DNA from: an uncultured Sandaracinus sp.
GTDB taxonomy: Bacteria; Myxococcota_A; Polyangia; Polyangiales; Houyiibacteriaceae
DNA length: 34,141 nt
Reading direction: 5' to 3'
Assembly: GCA_964462035.1 (NCBI GenBank)
Contig: CAYXAP010000044.1
Span: forward strand, 40,871 to 75,011
Part shown: one piece after another, positions 7,677 to 16,525 of the stretch
Layout: each line of letters starts with the position of its first letter
How positions within the stretch are numbered: position 1 is the stretch's first letter
The notes under the pieces: model-generated
The model's database searches: none
What the model was told of the DNA's origin: nothing
The model's input: the letters and a program-made list of their open reading frames with translations, nothing else
Program-made: the position numbers and the translations under genes

Positions 7677-10600
7677 TCGGCCTCCCCGCTCACGACTCGG
7701 AGGGTGAAGAGCGACGAGTGGCCTCCGAACTCATCGTCACGCGCGGAGTCGATCTGAGCGGGCGGGATCCGGAACTCGCCCGGCGTCGTCGCACGAATCG
7801 CGTAGGTGACCTCCTGCAGCCCCACCGGCAGCCCCTCGAAGTAGGTCAGGGCCACGTTCTGCTCGAGCTCTCGATGGACGATCGCGTTGGCGGTCCGCGC
7901 CGCGTGCCGACCGCGTGGATCCATCACCTCGTCCTCCGGACCCATGCCGAGGAGCGCGCGCAGCGCCTGAGCCGGTGCCGTGTCGAAGGCGCCGTCGACG
8001 GCGGTGAAGCCAGCGCCGAGCGGATCCGCGAGCCGCACGTTGGCGGGCGCCGAGAGCTCGGTGTGCATGAAGAGCCGCACCCGGATCGTGTCGCCGAGCC
8101 GAACCGCGTCGCCGCTGGTCAGCTCTCGCCCGTCGGCCCGCTCGTAGCGGCGGTGGAGGCTCACGCCCCGACCACGCGCGGTTCGCTCCTCGAAGCCGAG
8201 CGGCTCGGTCCACTCGGCCTCGATGGTGTAGAAGGTCGGGCCTTCGCCGCCTCCGGCGAAGCCGAGCTCGGACGCCGAGGCCAGCCGCTCGACCGGGAGC
8301 TGGTAGCTCGCCAACGCCGTCGATCCGACCTCGCGAGCGCCGAGCGCTTCGCCGTCCAGCGTCGGCAGGGCGACCCCGCCGTTCGTCCGCTGGAAGAGGC
8401 TCGCGTAGGCCACCAACGCCCGGGCGGCCGCGATGCGTTCGATGGGGCTCGCCCAGGGCGCGACCGGCGCGCAGCTCTCGTTCTCGCAGTGGCCGCTCGG
8501 CGCGAGGAGCTCGCTCGCCAAGGGGGACGCGTGGCGGTGCCCGACGTCGGTGCGGCTCGCCGCTTCGACCAGCGCGCCCCGCTCCCACGCGCTCGTCGGC
8601 GCGGACGCCACCGCGTACGGAAGCGTCGGGTCCCGCTCTTCGGCCCGCGCGAGCTCGGCTGCCTCGATGACCAGGGTCTCCCGCCGGTCGTCGTCCTCGT
8701 CCATGGCGAGCGCGAGGTGGCCGCGGCCGGCATAGCCCAGCCCGTCCCGGCGCTCGAAGGCGCCGTCGACCATCTCCGGGAGCTCGCGGCCGCCTTCCCG
8801 TAGCACGTGTAGCGCGTAGGCCTCGGCGTCGTTGGTGCTCACGCCATAGGCCGAGCCGAAGGCCGCTCGGCGGCTGATGTCTTCCAGCCAGTCGAGCCCC
8901 TGGGTTCGCGCCGAGGTGGGGACGCGAAGACCGGCGTCGGCCGCGAGGACGAGCGCGTGGACCGCGGTGGTCCCCTCCACGGGCGTCGACCAGCCGTTGC
9001 TGTCGTAGCGGCCGAAGCCCCCTTGGTAGTTCTGGTGCTCGAGGAGCGCGTCGATGGCGAGCTGCGCACGGGCACGGAGCTCCTCGACGTCGAGGTCCAG
9101 GTCGACCCCTTCCTGCAGCTGGAGCTGACTGATGGTGACGATGGCGCGGGCCGCGCGATGTTCGAGGTCGTTCCAGCCACCGAGCCCTTCGTCGATCAGG
9201 CGGGCACCGAGGAAGGGGTGCGAGGCGACGATGAGGCGCGCCCGCCCGATCGCGCCCTCCGGGAAGCGCAGGCCGATCGGAGCGCGTGATTCACTGGCCC
9301 CACCCACGGCGCCGAAGGCGTGGCGACGGTTCCATCGCGCGGCCGGCGCGATCGGGAGCGTTCGCCCGACGCGCTGGGTGCCTTCGCGCGTGCGTGCCTC
9401 CAGGAACACGGGTAGCTCGCGGCGACCGCCTTCGGCCACTGCGACCTGACGGACCACGCGGCGCTCGCGACCCGGGTGTAGGTAGATTCGCTCTTCGCTC
9501 GTCTCGTCGCCGATCGTCGTGCGCAGGAGAACCGAGTGCCCTTCGTCGCTCGTGTTCGTCAGGAAGAACGCCGCTTCGAAGGCGTCGCCCTCCGTCGCGA
9601 AGGTCGGCAGCGCCTCGCGAGCCACCACCGCTCGCTTGGCGACGAGCTGCGCGGTCGCCGAGCCGCTCGCTCCGTGCGCGTCGATCGCCACGGCGAGGAT
9701 GCGGTACTCGGTGTCGCGGTCGGGCAGGGTGAAGGTCGCCTGCGCGTTGCCTTCGCCGTCCGTCTCGAGGTGCGGTGCCCAGAGCGGGGTCGCGATCGAC
9801 ACCGGCTCGGTCGGGCGCAGCGCGCGCTCGGCGCTGCCGCCGCCGTCACCGCCCGCGCGCTCTTCTGGGGGCGCGACTCGCGAGGCGAGCACCCGGCGGA
9901 TGTCTTCCCACGCGAACGCGGCACCCTGCGATGGATAGAGCGCTTCGGTCGGGTTGGGCGTGCGCCACCAGCGGGTCAGCCGGAGGATCCCCTCGTCGAC
10001 CGCCCAGAGCACGACCTCCGAATCGCGGTCGGCGTGGACGCGGACCGTGACCTCGTCTCCCGGGTTCGCGTCCTCGGGCGCTTCGACGCTCACGTCGATG
10101 GCGGCCTCCTCCGGGCGCGCCTGGATCGAGGCCATGCCGAAGCGCAGGTCGGGGCCGAGCAGGTCCATCTGCTCGCCGGGCGGAGCGAGCCGCGGTCGGA
10201 CGAGCGCTACCGAGACATAGGCGTTCGGGATCATCGCCTCGGTCACCGGGACCCGCACGACGTGCCCGCCGCTGCCCACCCGCTCGCGCGAGCGATGGAT
10301 GATCCCGTCGCGCTCGACGGAGACCAGCACCTCCGCCTCGGGCCAGGGCGACTCGATCGCGAGCTCGGCGGTCTCGCCGACCTGATAGCGCGGGCGCTTC
10401 GGGGTCAGGGCGATGCGGGTCCCGGCGGGGTCTCGGTCCGGCGCTTCGTCCGGACCGGCGACGTAGAGCCGGCGGGAAGCGACCGCGCGGCGGCCCTCGT
10501 CGTCGACGACCGTGGCCTCGATGAGGTAGGTGCCTGCGCGTTCCGGCACGTACTCGCAGCTGACGAGGCTCTCGCCCGCGCTCTGCAGGGTGCACTGGTG

Positions 10601-13468
10601 AACCTCCTCGCGGCGGTGTTGCTGTCGGGCTTGGTACCGGCCCGAGGACCACTGCCACCAGTCGTGCCAGCCCTCGCGGTAGAACGCGACGTCGACCGTT
10701 CGTCCGGCCACGGGAGCGTCGTCGGGGTCGACCACGGCCACCGCGGCGCGCAGGCCTTCGCAGTCGTCGCCGGTGCAGTGCGCCACCCACTGCGGTCCGC
10801 GCTCGAGGCCGACCTCGAAGGCTGCGGGGTGGACCGTGACCGTGCGGTGTGCCGCCGTCGACTGACCGCTTCGATCACGTGCCTCGGCTTCGAAGACGAT
10901 CTGGTGCCTGACGGTGGCTTCGAGGCCTTCGCTGAGGGTCAGCCGCGCTCGTCCGTTCGCGTCGAGTCGGCCGCTCTCGGCCACCAGCGTCTGTCCGTCG
11001 ACGTGGTGGCCGGCGGGGCCGAAGGTGAGCTCACGCCAGCGACCAGCGTGGGGAGCGGCGCGCTCGCGAATCAGCGAGTGACGGAGCTCGCCATTCGCCA
11101 GCGGTGCGCCGAAGAGGTAGCGAGCGTCCACGCGCGCCATGAGCGGGTCGCCGGCGATCACTCGCTGCGGCAGGCCGACGTCGACCCGGAAGCTCGGATC
11201 GCGGAACTGAGCCACCCGGAAGCGCGCGGACGCGAGCAGGACCTCGGCGGCCGACTCTCCGTCGGCGCTCTCGTCGTCGGCGCTCTCGTCGTCGGCGCTC
11301 TCGCCGTCCTCGCTCTCTGCCGATCCGCGGGGCCGAACCACTACGACCTCCTTGCCACCGAAGGACATCGAGCCGGGGAGGGTGAAGCTCGCGCTGGCGC
11401 TGCCCCACCGATTGGTCGTCACGCTGGCTTCGAGGTCGGGCACGACCGCGCCCGGCGACTGGACCCGGACGACGAGCGGCATCTCGGCGACCGCGTCATG
11501 GCCTTCGCGCTCGTGGACGCCGATCCGGACGTGGAGCTCGCTCCCGGGTCGGTAGGCGCCGCGATCGGTGAAGACGTCGACCAGCGGTAGCTCGTCGTCG
11601 GTCTCCGCGCGGGCGACCGCGACGTTCATGTGGGCCGGTCCGACGACGGAGCCTCGCTCGAGGACGACCACCGAGCGGTCGTCCTCGTGCCGAACCAGCA
11701 CCGCCTGGCGGAGCTGCGTGCGGTCTTCGTCAGTCGGGATCCATGCGCCCCCGTCCGCGTCGGTGGTGGCCGAGCCGAGCACGTTGCCTTCGTCGTCGGC
11801 CAGCGCGACGTGGGCTCCGCGTACCGGGGTCGCGTCGTGCATCCGGCTGACCCACACGAGCGCGCCTTCGCGAGTCACGCGGACGGTCGCTGCGAGGTTG
11901 GTGCGCTGTGCGAAGAGCGCCCGGGTGCCGGTCGCCTCGTGCTCGCCCGGGCGGAAGCCGACCACGGCCATGGCCGGCCCTTCGCCCTGGGTCTTGGCCC
12001 AGGCGTACCTCCCTTCGCCCCAGCGGTTGGCGCGCGCGTCCGGGATCAGCTGCTGGAGCGGCACGTGTCGATCGGGCCGGAAGGCGACGAAGGTCGCCGG
12101 GTCGAGCGCGGCCTGCAGCGCCTGGGCGTCCGAGCTCGCGTCGCAGCAAGGCACTGCCCGCTGGAGGAGCGCCCCCTTGCCCGTGGCGATGCCTCGCAGT
12201 CGAAGCACTCCGGGGTCGTCGCGTTCGAACGCCAGGCGACCCTCGGGGGCCTCGATCTGCGGACGATGGCCGCGGCTGCGTACCGCGAGCGGCCCGAAGT
12301 CGGCCAGGCGCTCACCGGCCGCCGTGGTCATCGGCGGCAAGCGCACCTCGTAGACCTGATCGGCCGCCCACTCCCCGGTGATGATCACCAATCGGGTGCT
12401 GCCTTCGGTGAAGCCCGCCTGCATCCGCGGGAGCGCGGGCCGGATGCGGATGCCGCGCAGCGCTCGTGCGTCGAGGTTCTCGGTCGCGAGGATGCGGAGC
12501 TCCGGTCCGATGTCGACGACGCGCCCCGGCGTCGCACCATGGTCGCAGGACCCGGTGCGCGCCGCGTCGGCTCGGCAGCCGACGCCTTCGATGTGAGGCC
12601 GCGGCTGCACCGTGTAGCGGGCGACCGCCGGCGTGGCGCCGGCCCAGCGAGTCCAGCGCGGCGAGAGGGCCACACCGATCTGAGCACCGGGCTCGAGTGT
12701 CCGGCCGGGGATCAGGTCCAACCGGTAGCGCGATTGCTCCCAGCCCCGATCGACGATGCGGAAGGGCACGGCCCGTGCGCCACCACCGATCTCGTACGCC
12801 ATCACGTCGCCGTTCAGCTCCCCAGCGCCCACGTGGTTGTCGAAGTAGAGCGGCAGCGGCGAGCCCGCGCCCACGCGCTGGCCGCCGCTCGCCATCAGGT
12901 GCGGCGTTCCGTCGAACACGACCACTCGCTCGGTCTGCTCACCGAGCGCCTCTCCGTCGACGGCTCGGAGCGTCGGCGACACGCGGAGGGTGGCCTCTTC
13001 CACGCCGCTCCAGGTGCTCGGATCGGCGTGGAAGATCAGCCGCGAGCGGCTGCTCCATCGGGCCGTGCCGCGGACGATGCCGCCGCTCCGGAGTCGGAGC
13101 GTGACCGGCGGGTTCGTGACGACCGGACCCACCTCGGTCGCGTCGACCATCGGTCGGTTGAAGACCAGATGGAGCGGCTCGTGATGCTGGAGCCGCGTGG
13201 CACCGACGCTCGGCTGCGTGAGGGCGAGCCGCTCCGGACCGTCGGCGGCGAGCAGCGGCGCGAGCGGGGTCGCCGACCGGAGGTCCGCCTCGACCGGCGG
13301 AAAGACGGCCACGTTCGAGAGCAACACCGGCGGCAGCACCTCCAGCGTCGCGGCTTCGAGCGGTTCCTCGTCCGGCTTCGCGAAGACCATCAGGAGCAGC
13401 GGCGCCCCCAGCAGCAGCCCGACGAACGCATAGGTCCAGCGCTTTCGGCGGACCTCTTTGGGGGCCAC
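7673..13468 (-). CDS. Bacterial alpha-2-macroglobulin-family protein (YfhM/ECAM-like; about 1930 aa) with an N-terminal signal anchor
   Basis: A very large secreted multidomain protein immediately upstream of and coupled to pbpC. The N-terminal signal/anchor reads (V)APKEVRRKRWTYAFVGLLLGAPLLLMVFA. The start is preferred at the GTG at about 13468. The ORF-track start (13594) adds 42 codons rich in non-GC3 codons (tct, cgt, gga, att, ttt, cga, agg, gta, agt, aaa), which look non-coding. No CxEQ thioester motif is present in the translation. Confidence 0.78.
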   Translation of the reverse strand: MAPKEVRRKRWTYAFVGLLLGAPLLLMVFAKPDEEPLEAATLEVLPPVLLSNVAVFPPVEADLRSATPLAPLLAADGPERLALTQPSVGATRLQHHEPLHLVFNRPMVDATEVGPVVTNPPVTLRLRSGGIVRGTARWSSRSRLIFHADPSTWSGVEEATLRVSPTLRAVDGEALGEQTERVVVFDGTPHLMASGGQRVGAGSPLPLYFDNHVGAGELNGDVMAYEIGGGARAVPFRIVDRGWEQSRYRLDLIPGRTLEPGAQIGVALSPRWTRWAGATPAVARYTVQPRPHIEGVGCRADAARTGSCDHGATPGRVVDIGPELRILATENLDARALRGIRIRPALPRMQAGFTEGSTRLVIITGEWAADQVYEVRLPPMTTAAGERLADFGPLAVRSRGHRPQIEAPEGRLAFERDDPGVLRLRGIATGKGALLQRAVPCCDASSDAQALQAALDPATFVAFRPDRHVPLQQLIPDARANRWGEGRYAWAKTQGEGPAMAVVGFRPGEHEATGTRALFAQRTNLAATVRVTREGALVWVSRMHDATPVRGAHVALADDEGNVLGSATTDADGGAWIPTDEDRTQLRQAVLVRHEDDRSVVVLERGSVVGPAHMNVAVARAETDDELPLVDVFTDRGAYRPGSELHVRIGVHEREGHDAVAEMPLVVRVQSPGAVVPDLEASVTTNRWGSASASFTLPGSMSFGGKEVVVVRPRGSAESEDGESADDESADDESADGESAAEVLLASARFRVAQFRDPSFRVDVGLPQRVIAGDPLMARVDARYLFGAPLANGELRHSLIRERAAPHAGRWRELTFGPAGHHVDGQTLVAESGRLDANGRARLTLSEGLEATVRHQIVFEAEARDRSGQSTAAHRTVTVHPAAFEVGLERGPQWVAHCTGDDCEGLRAAVAVVDPDDAPVAGRTVDVAFYREGWHDWWQWSSGRYQARQQHRREEVHQCTLQSAGESLVSCEYVPERAGTYLIEATVVDDEGRRAVASRRLYVAGPDEAPDRDPAGTRIALTPKRPRYQVGETAELAIESPWPEAEVLVSVERDGIIHRSRERVGSGGHVVRVPVTEAMIPNAYVSVALVRPRLAPPGEQMDLLGPDLRFGMASIQARPEEAAIDVSVEAPEDANPGDEVTVRVHADRDSEVVLWAVDEGILRLTRWWRTPNPTEALYPSQGAAFAWEDIRRVLASRVAPPEERAGGDGGGSAERALRPTEPVSIATPLWAPHLETDGEGNAQATFTLPDRDTEYRILAVAIDAHGASGSATAQLVAKRAVVAREALPTFATEGDAFEAAFFLTNTSDEGHSVLLRTTIGDETSEERIYLHPGRERRVVRQVAVAEGGRRELPVFLEARTREGTQRVGRTLPIAPAARWNRRHAFGAVGGASESRAPIGLRFPEGAIGRARLIVASHPFLGARLIDEGLGGWNDLEHRAARAIVTISQLQLQEGVDLDLDVEELRARAQLAIDALLEHQNYQGGFGRYDSNGWSTPVEGTTAVHALVLAADAGLRVPTSARTQGLDWLEDISRRAAFGSAYGVSTNDAEAYALHVLREGGRELPEMVDGAFERRDGLGYAGRGHLALAMDEDDDRRETLVIEAAELARAEERDPTLPYAVASAPTSAWERGALVEAASRTDVGHRHASPLASELLAPSGHCENESCAPVAPWASPIERIAAARALVAYASLFQRTNGGVALPTLDGEALGAREVGSTALASYQLPVERLASASELGFAGGGEGPTFYTIEAEWTEPLGFEERTARGRGVSLHRRYERADGRELTSGDAVRLGDTIRVRLFMHTELSAPANVRLADPLGAGFTAVDGAFDTAPAQALRALLGMGPEDEVMDPRGRHAARTANAIVHRELEQNVALTYFEGLPVGLQEVTYAIRATTPGEFRIPPAQIDSARDDEFGGHSSLFTLRVVSGEAE
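11258..11320. repeat. 15-bp tandem repeat (tcggcgctctcgtcg, 3-4 copies) encoding an acidic (ESADD)n low-complexity insert inside the A2M protein
   Basis: Direct repetition visible in the sequence. The minus-strand translation reads GSAESEDGESADDESADDESADGESAAE. Confidence 0.7.
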
Positions 13469-13754
13469 CGGCCTACTTCGGTACGGCCCATCGCCTACCC
13501 TCGGTCGAGCCCGGCGGCCGTCCCAACGCTCCTTCAGGCGAGCAAAGCGGTCACGAATCGATCCACGGCGAGAGTCCCGAGAGGCCATGGCCACGCAGTG
13601 AGCAACCCCCGCGCCGCACCATCGCGATCAATGATCTCGGCCCCTTACATCCCCCCACACCCCGGCGACGTGCCCTCTCACCCACACCCTCGCGTCCCCG
13701 GACACACAGGGCTGGGGAACGACGAGCTCCGCCGCCGGTGCTATGGGAGGCGTG

Positions 13755-14522
13755 ATGAGCGACGCGATCGCGATGGTGCCGATCGGGGTGGCGCGGACGC
13801 CCTTCGACGCGAAGGCGGAGGCACCACGACAGCCGCGGGCGGCCGAGGGCGTCGAGGGTCGGATCGAGCTCTTCGAGGGGCACCATTTCGAGGACGCGCT
13901 CGAGGGGATCGAGGAGTGGGACCACCTCTGGGTGATCTTCCTCTTCGACCGCGCCGAAGGGTGGAAGCCGAAGGTCCAGCCGCCACGCTCCGCTCGCAAG
14001 CGGGGGCTCTTCGGGACCCGTGCGCCGCGCCGCCCGAATCCCATCGGCCTCAGCGTGGTGCGGCTCCGATCGGTCGAGGGGTTGACCCTCCACGTCGCCG
14101 ACGTCGACCTGCTCGACGGCACACCCATCCTCGACATCAAGCCCTACGTCCCCTGGTGCGACGCGATCCCCGACGCCAGCCAGGGCTGGCTCGAGCGGCC
14201 CGACGACCCGGGGCCGCGTTGGACGGTCACCTTCGCGCCTCTCGCCGAAGAGCAGCTCGTGTTCCTGGCCGCCGAGGGCATCGATCTCCGCGACCGCATC
14301 GCCGACCACCTCTCGCTCGGTCCACACCCGCACGCCTATCGACGCATCAAGAAGCGCGGGGACGGCTACCTCCTCAAGGTCACCGAGTGGCGCGCTCATT
14401 TCCAGATCGACGGCGACCACGTCCGGGTGCGGCGCCTCGAGAGTGGCTATCGCCGGAAGGACCGACCCCCGCTCCACCAGCGCTTCACGGCCGCCTTCGA
14501 GCCTCCCGCCGAATCGGTGTAA
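13755..14522 (+). CDS. trmO: tRNA (adenine37-N6)-methyltransferase TrmO (TsaA/YaeB family)
   Basis: ...IGVARTPF...DHLWVIFLFDRA...RPNPIGLSVVRL...DGTPILDIKPYVP... match the TsaA-fold signature. A GGGAGG motif sits 4 nt upstream of the ATG at 13755. The in-frame ATG at 13743 is an alternative start. Confidence 0.8.
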   Translation: MSDAIAMVPIGVARTPFDAKAEAPRQPRAAEGVEGRIELFEGHHFEDALEGIEEWDHLWVIFLFDRAEGWKPKVQPPRSARKRGLFGTRAPRRPNPIGLSVVRLRSVEGLTLHVADVDLLDGTPILDIKPYVPWCDAIPDASQGWLERPDDPGPRWTVTFAPLAEEQLVFLAAEGIDLRDRIADHLSLGPHPHAYRRIKKRGDGYLLKVTEWRAHFQIDGDHVRVRRLESGYRRKDRPPLHQRFTAAFEPPAESV

Positions 14523-14532
14523 CGTCCGCGTC

Positions 14533-15432
14533 ATGACCATCGAGGCCTTCCGCACCCCCGACGACGCGTTCGAGAACCTCCCGGGCTATGGCTTCAAGCC
14601 CAGCTACGTGGAGGACCTCCCCGGCTACGAGGGGCTGCGCATGCACTACCTCGACGAGGGCCCGAAGGATGGCGAGGTCGTGCTCTGCCTCCACGGCGAG
14701 CCGAGCTGGTCGTACCTCTACCGAAAGATGATCCCGGTCTTCACGGCCGCGGGCTACCGCGTGGTCGCGCCGGACTTCTTCGGCTTCGGCCGCTCCGACA
14801 AGCCGGTCGACGACGCGGTCTACAGCTACGGCTTCCACCGGGGCTCGCTGTTGCGATTCCTCGACCACGTCGGCCTCAACCGCTTCACGTTGGTCTGCCA
14901 GGACTGGGGCGGCATCCTCGGGCTCTCGCTGCCGGTCGATCGACCTGACGCGATCACGCGCCTGATCGTGATGAACACCGCGATCCCCACCGGCGAGATC
15001 AATCCGGGCAAGGGCTTCCTCGCCTGGCGCGACTTCGTGGCCAACCAGCCTGACTTCGACGTGGTCTCGCTCATGAAGCGCGGGACCCCGGGCCTCACCG
15101 ACGCCGAAGCCGCAGCCTACGGCGCGCCTTTCGATGGCCCTCGCTCGAAGGCGGGCGTCCGCACCTTCCCCGCGCTGGTCCCCATCACCACCGACATGCC
15201 CGGTGCCGACACCGGCAAGAAGGCCCTCGAGTTCTGGGCGAACGAATGGAGTGGCCCGACCTTCATGGCCGTGGGCATGCAGGACCCGGTGCTCGGGCCG
15301 CCGGCGATGAAGCTCCTGCGCGGCCAGATCCGTGGCTGCCCCGCGCCGCTCGAGATCGAGGACGCCGGTCACTTCGTTCAGGAGCGCGGCGACATCGTCG
15401 CTACCGCCGCGCTGGAGCACTTCGGCGGATGA
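14533..15432 (+). CDS. dhlA: Haloalkane dehalogenase of the DhlA type (HLD-I subfamily alpha/beta hydrolase)
   Basis: The translation aligns along its whole length with Xanthobacter autotrophicus DhlA as recalled from memory. Matching blocks are MTIEAFRTPDDAFENLPGYGFKPSYVEDLPGYEGLRMHYLDEG...LCLHGEPSWSYLYRKMIPVF...APDFFGFGRSDKP...LVCQDWGG (nucleophile Asp and halide-binding Trp) ...MAVGMQDPVLGP...LEIEDAGHFVQE (catalytic His). Confidence 0.85.
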   Translation: MTIEAFRTPDDAFENLPGYGFKPSYVEDLPGYEGLRMHYLDEGPKDGEVVLCLHGEPSWSYLYRKMIPVFTAAGYRVVAPDFFGFGRSDKPVDDAVYSYGFHRGSLLRFLDHVGLNRFTLVCQDWGGILGLSLPVDRPDAITRLIVMNTAIPTGEINPGKGFLAWRDFVANQPDFDVVSLMKRGTPGLTDAEAAAYGAPFDGPRSKAGVRTFPALVPITTDMPGADTGKKALEFWANEWSGPTFMAVGMQDPVLGPPAMKLLRGQIRGCPAPLEIEDAGHFVQERGDIVATAALEHFGG

Positions 15433-16079
15433 GAACGCTCCTCGGAGCGCTGACCGTCGCTCTGCTGAGTCACGCCAGCGCGAGCGCGCAGCTCGATCTT
15501 CGCGTTCCCCTCTCCACCGAGCTCGAGTCCGCCGAGTCGGAGGCGCGCACCGACCCCGACGCTCTCCGCCGCGTCCGTTCCGCCAACGCCGCCCAGTACC
15601 GCCGCGAGGGCTGGTGGCTCTTCGGCTGGGGCGTCGCCTCCACGCTCGCCGGCGGCGTGGTCGCCATCGCTCTCCGTGACGAGCCGGAGTGGCTCTCGTT
15701 CGGGCTCACCACCGCTGCCTTCGGTGCGATCGACGCGGGCCTCGCCGCCGGCATGCTCGACCTCGGCGGCGGTCGTCGCGAGGCCATCGCCGCGGGACGC
15801 CTCGGCGATCTCACCGATCCCGACGCCATCCTCGAGGCATCGATCACCAGCCAGCGGAAGTCCGGGCAGATCTTCGCGCTCAACTTCGGGCTCGACGTCG
15901 CCTACATCACGGCTGGGCTGCTGATGTTCTTTCTCGGCCGCGCCAAGGATCCATCGGAGGGCCTGCTCACCGGCTCCGGCATCGGGATGATCAGCCAGGG
16001 GGCGTTCCTGCTCGCGTTCGATCTCGCGGCCTGGATCCACACCGCCAAGCGCGCCGAGGCGCTGGAGGCCCTCCGATGA
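15429..16079 (+). CDS. Unknown membrane protein: cleavable signal peptide, a soluble segment of about 60 aa, then 4 predicted TM helices
   Basis: The ATG overlaps the dhlA stop (ATGA). Signal peptide MRTLLGALTVALLSHASASAQ. Hydrophobic helices are WWLFGWGVASTLAGGVVAIAL, GLTTAAFGAIDAGLAAGM, IFALNFGLDVAYITAGLLMFFLG and IGMISQGAFLLAFDLAAW. Good GC3 bias. Confidence 0.55.
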   Translation: MRTLLGALTVALLSHASASAQLDLRVPLSTELESAESEARTDPDALRRVRSANAAQYRREGWWLFGWGVASTLAGGVVAIALRDEPEWLSFGLTTAAFGAIDAGLAAGMLDLGGGRREAIAAGRLGDLTDPDAILEASITSQRKSGQIFALNFGLDVAYITAGLLMFFLGRAKDPSEGLLTGSGIGMISQGAFLLAFDLAAWIHTAKRAEALEALR

Positions 16080-16525
16080 GCAAGCTCCTCCGACCCATCA
16101 CCATGCTGTCGAGCTTCGCGCTCTTCGTCGCGTCGCTCCCCTTCGACGCCGCCGTCTATGAACGCGTCGCGCACGGCGGCTTCATGATGCTCGCCGTGGG
16201 CTGGATGGGGCTGCTCATGCTCCACGTCGGCTGGTGCGCGAACCCGATCCTCTTCCTCGCGTGGCTCACCTTCGCGTTCGGCAAGAAGCGCGGCACCCGC
16301 ATCGTCAGCGTGGTCCTCTTCTCGCTCGCGACCCTCTTCGCCGCGTCCAGCTACTTCACCCTCGCCAAGCTCGAGATGATCGGTGAGAACGAGGGCGCGC
16401 TCGCGGGCGACTTCGACCACTTCGGTCCGGCCATCTTCCTCTGGACCGCGTCGATCGTCGTCGGGCTCATCGGCTCGATCCTCCGCCTCCGGCAGCTGCC
16501 AGAGGGTCCGGTCACTCCATCGTGA
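16076..16525 (+). CDS. Unknown small polytopic membrane protein (about 4 TM)
   Basis: The ATG overlaps the upstream stop (ATGA). Helices are MLSSFALFVASLPF, GGFMMLAVGWMGLLMLHVGW, ILFLAWLTFAF, IVSVVLFSLATLFAASSYFTL and AIFLWTASIVVGLIGSIL. Confidence 0.5.
   Translation: MSKLLRPITMLSSFALFVASLPFDAAVYERVAHGGFMMLAVGWMGLLMLHVGWCANPILFLAWLTFAFGKKRGTRIVSVVLFSLATLFAASSYFTLAKLEMIGENEGALAGDFDHFGPAIFLWTASIVVGLIGSILRLRQLPEGPVTPS

Noticed and set aside
9536-14536. Two very long plus-strand ORFs (9536..11590, 684 aa; 11630..14536, 968 aa)
   Set aside because: They are antisense to the well-supported alpha-2-macroglobulin gene. The second also overlaps trmO out of frame. Their translations are Arg/Gly/Ala/Asp low-complexity, the typical antisense product of GC3-rich coding DNA.
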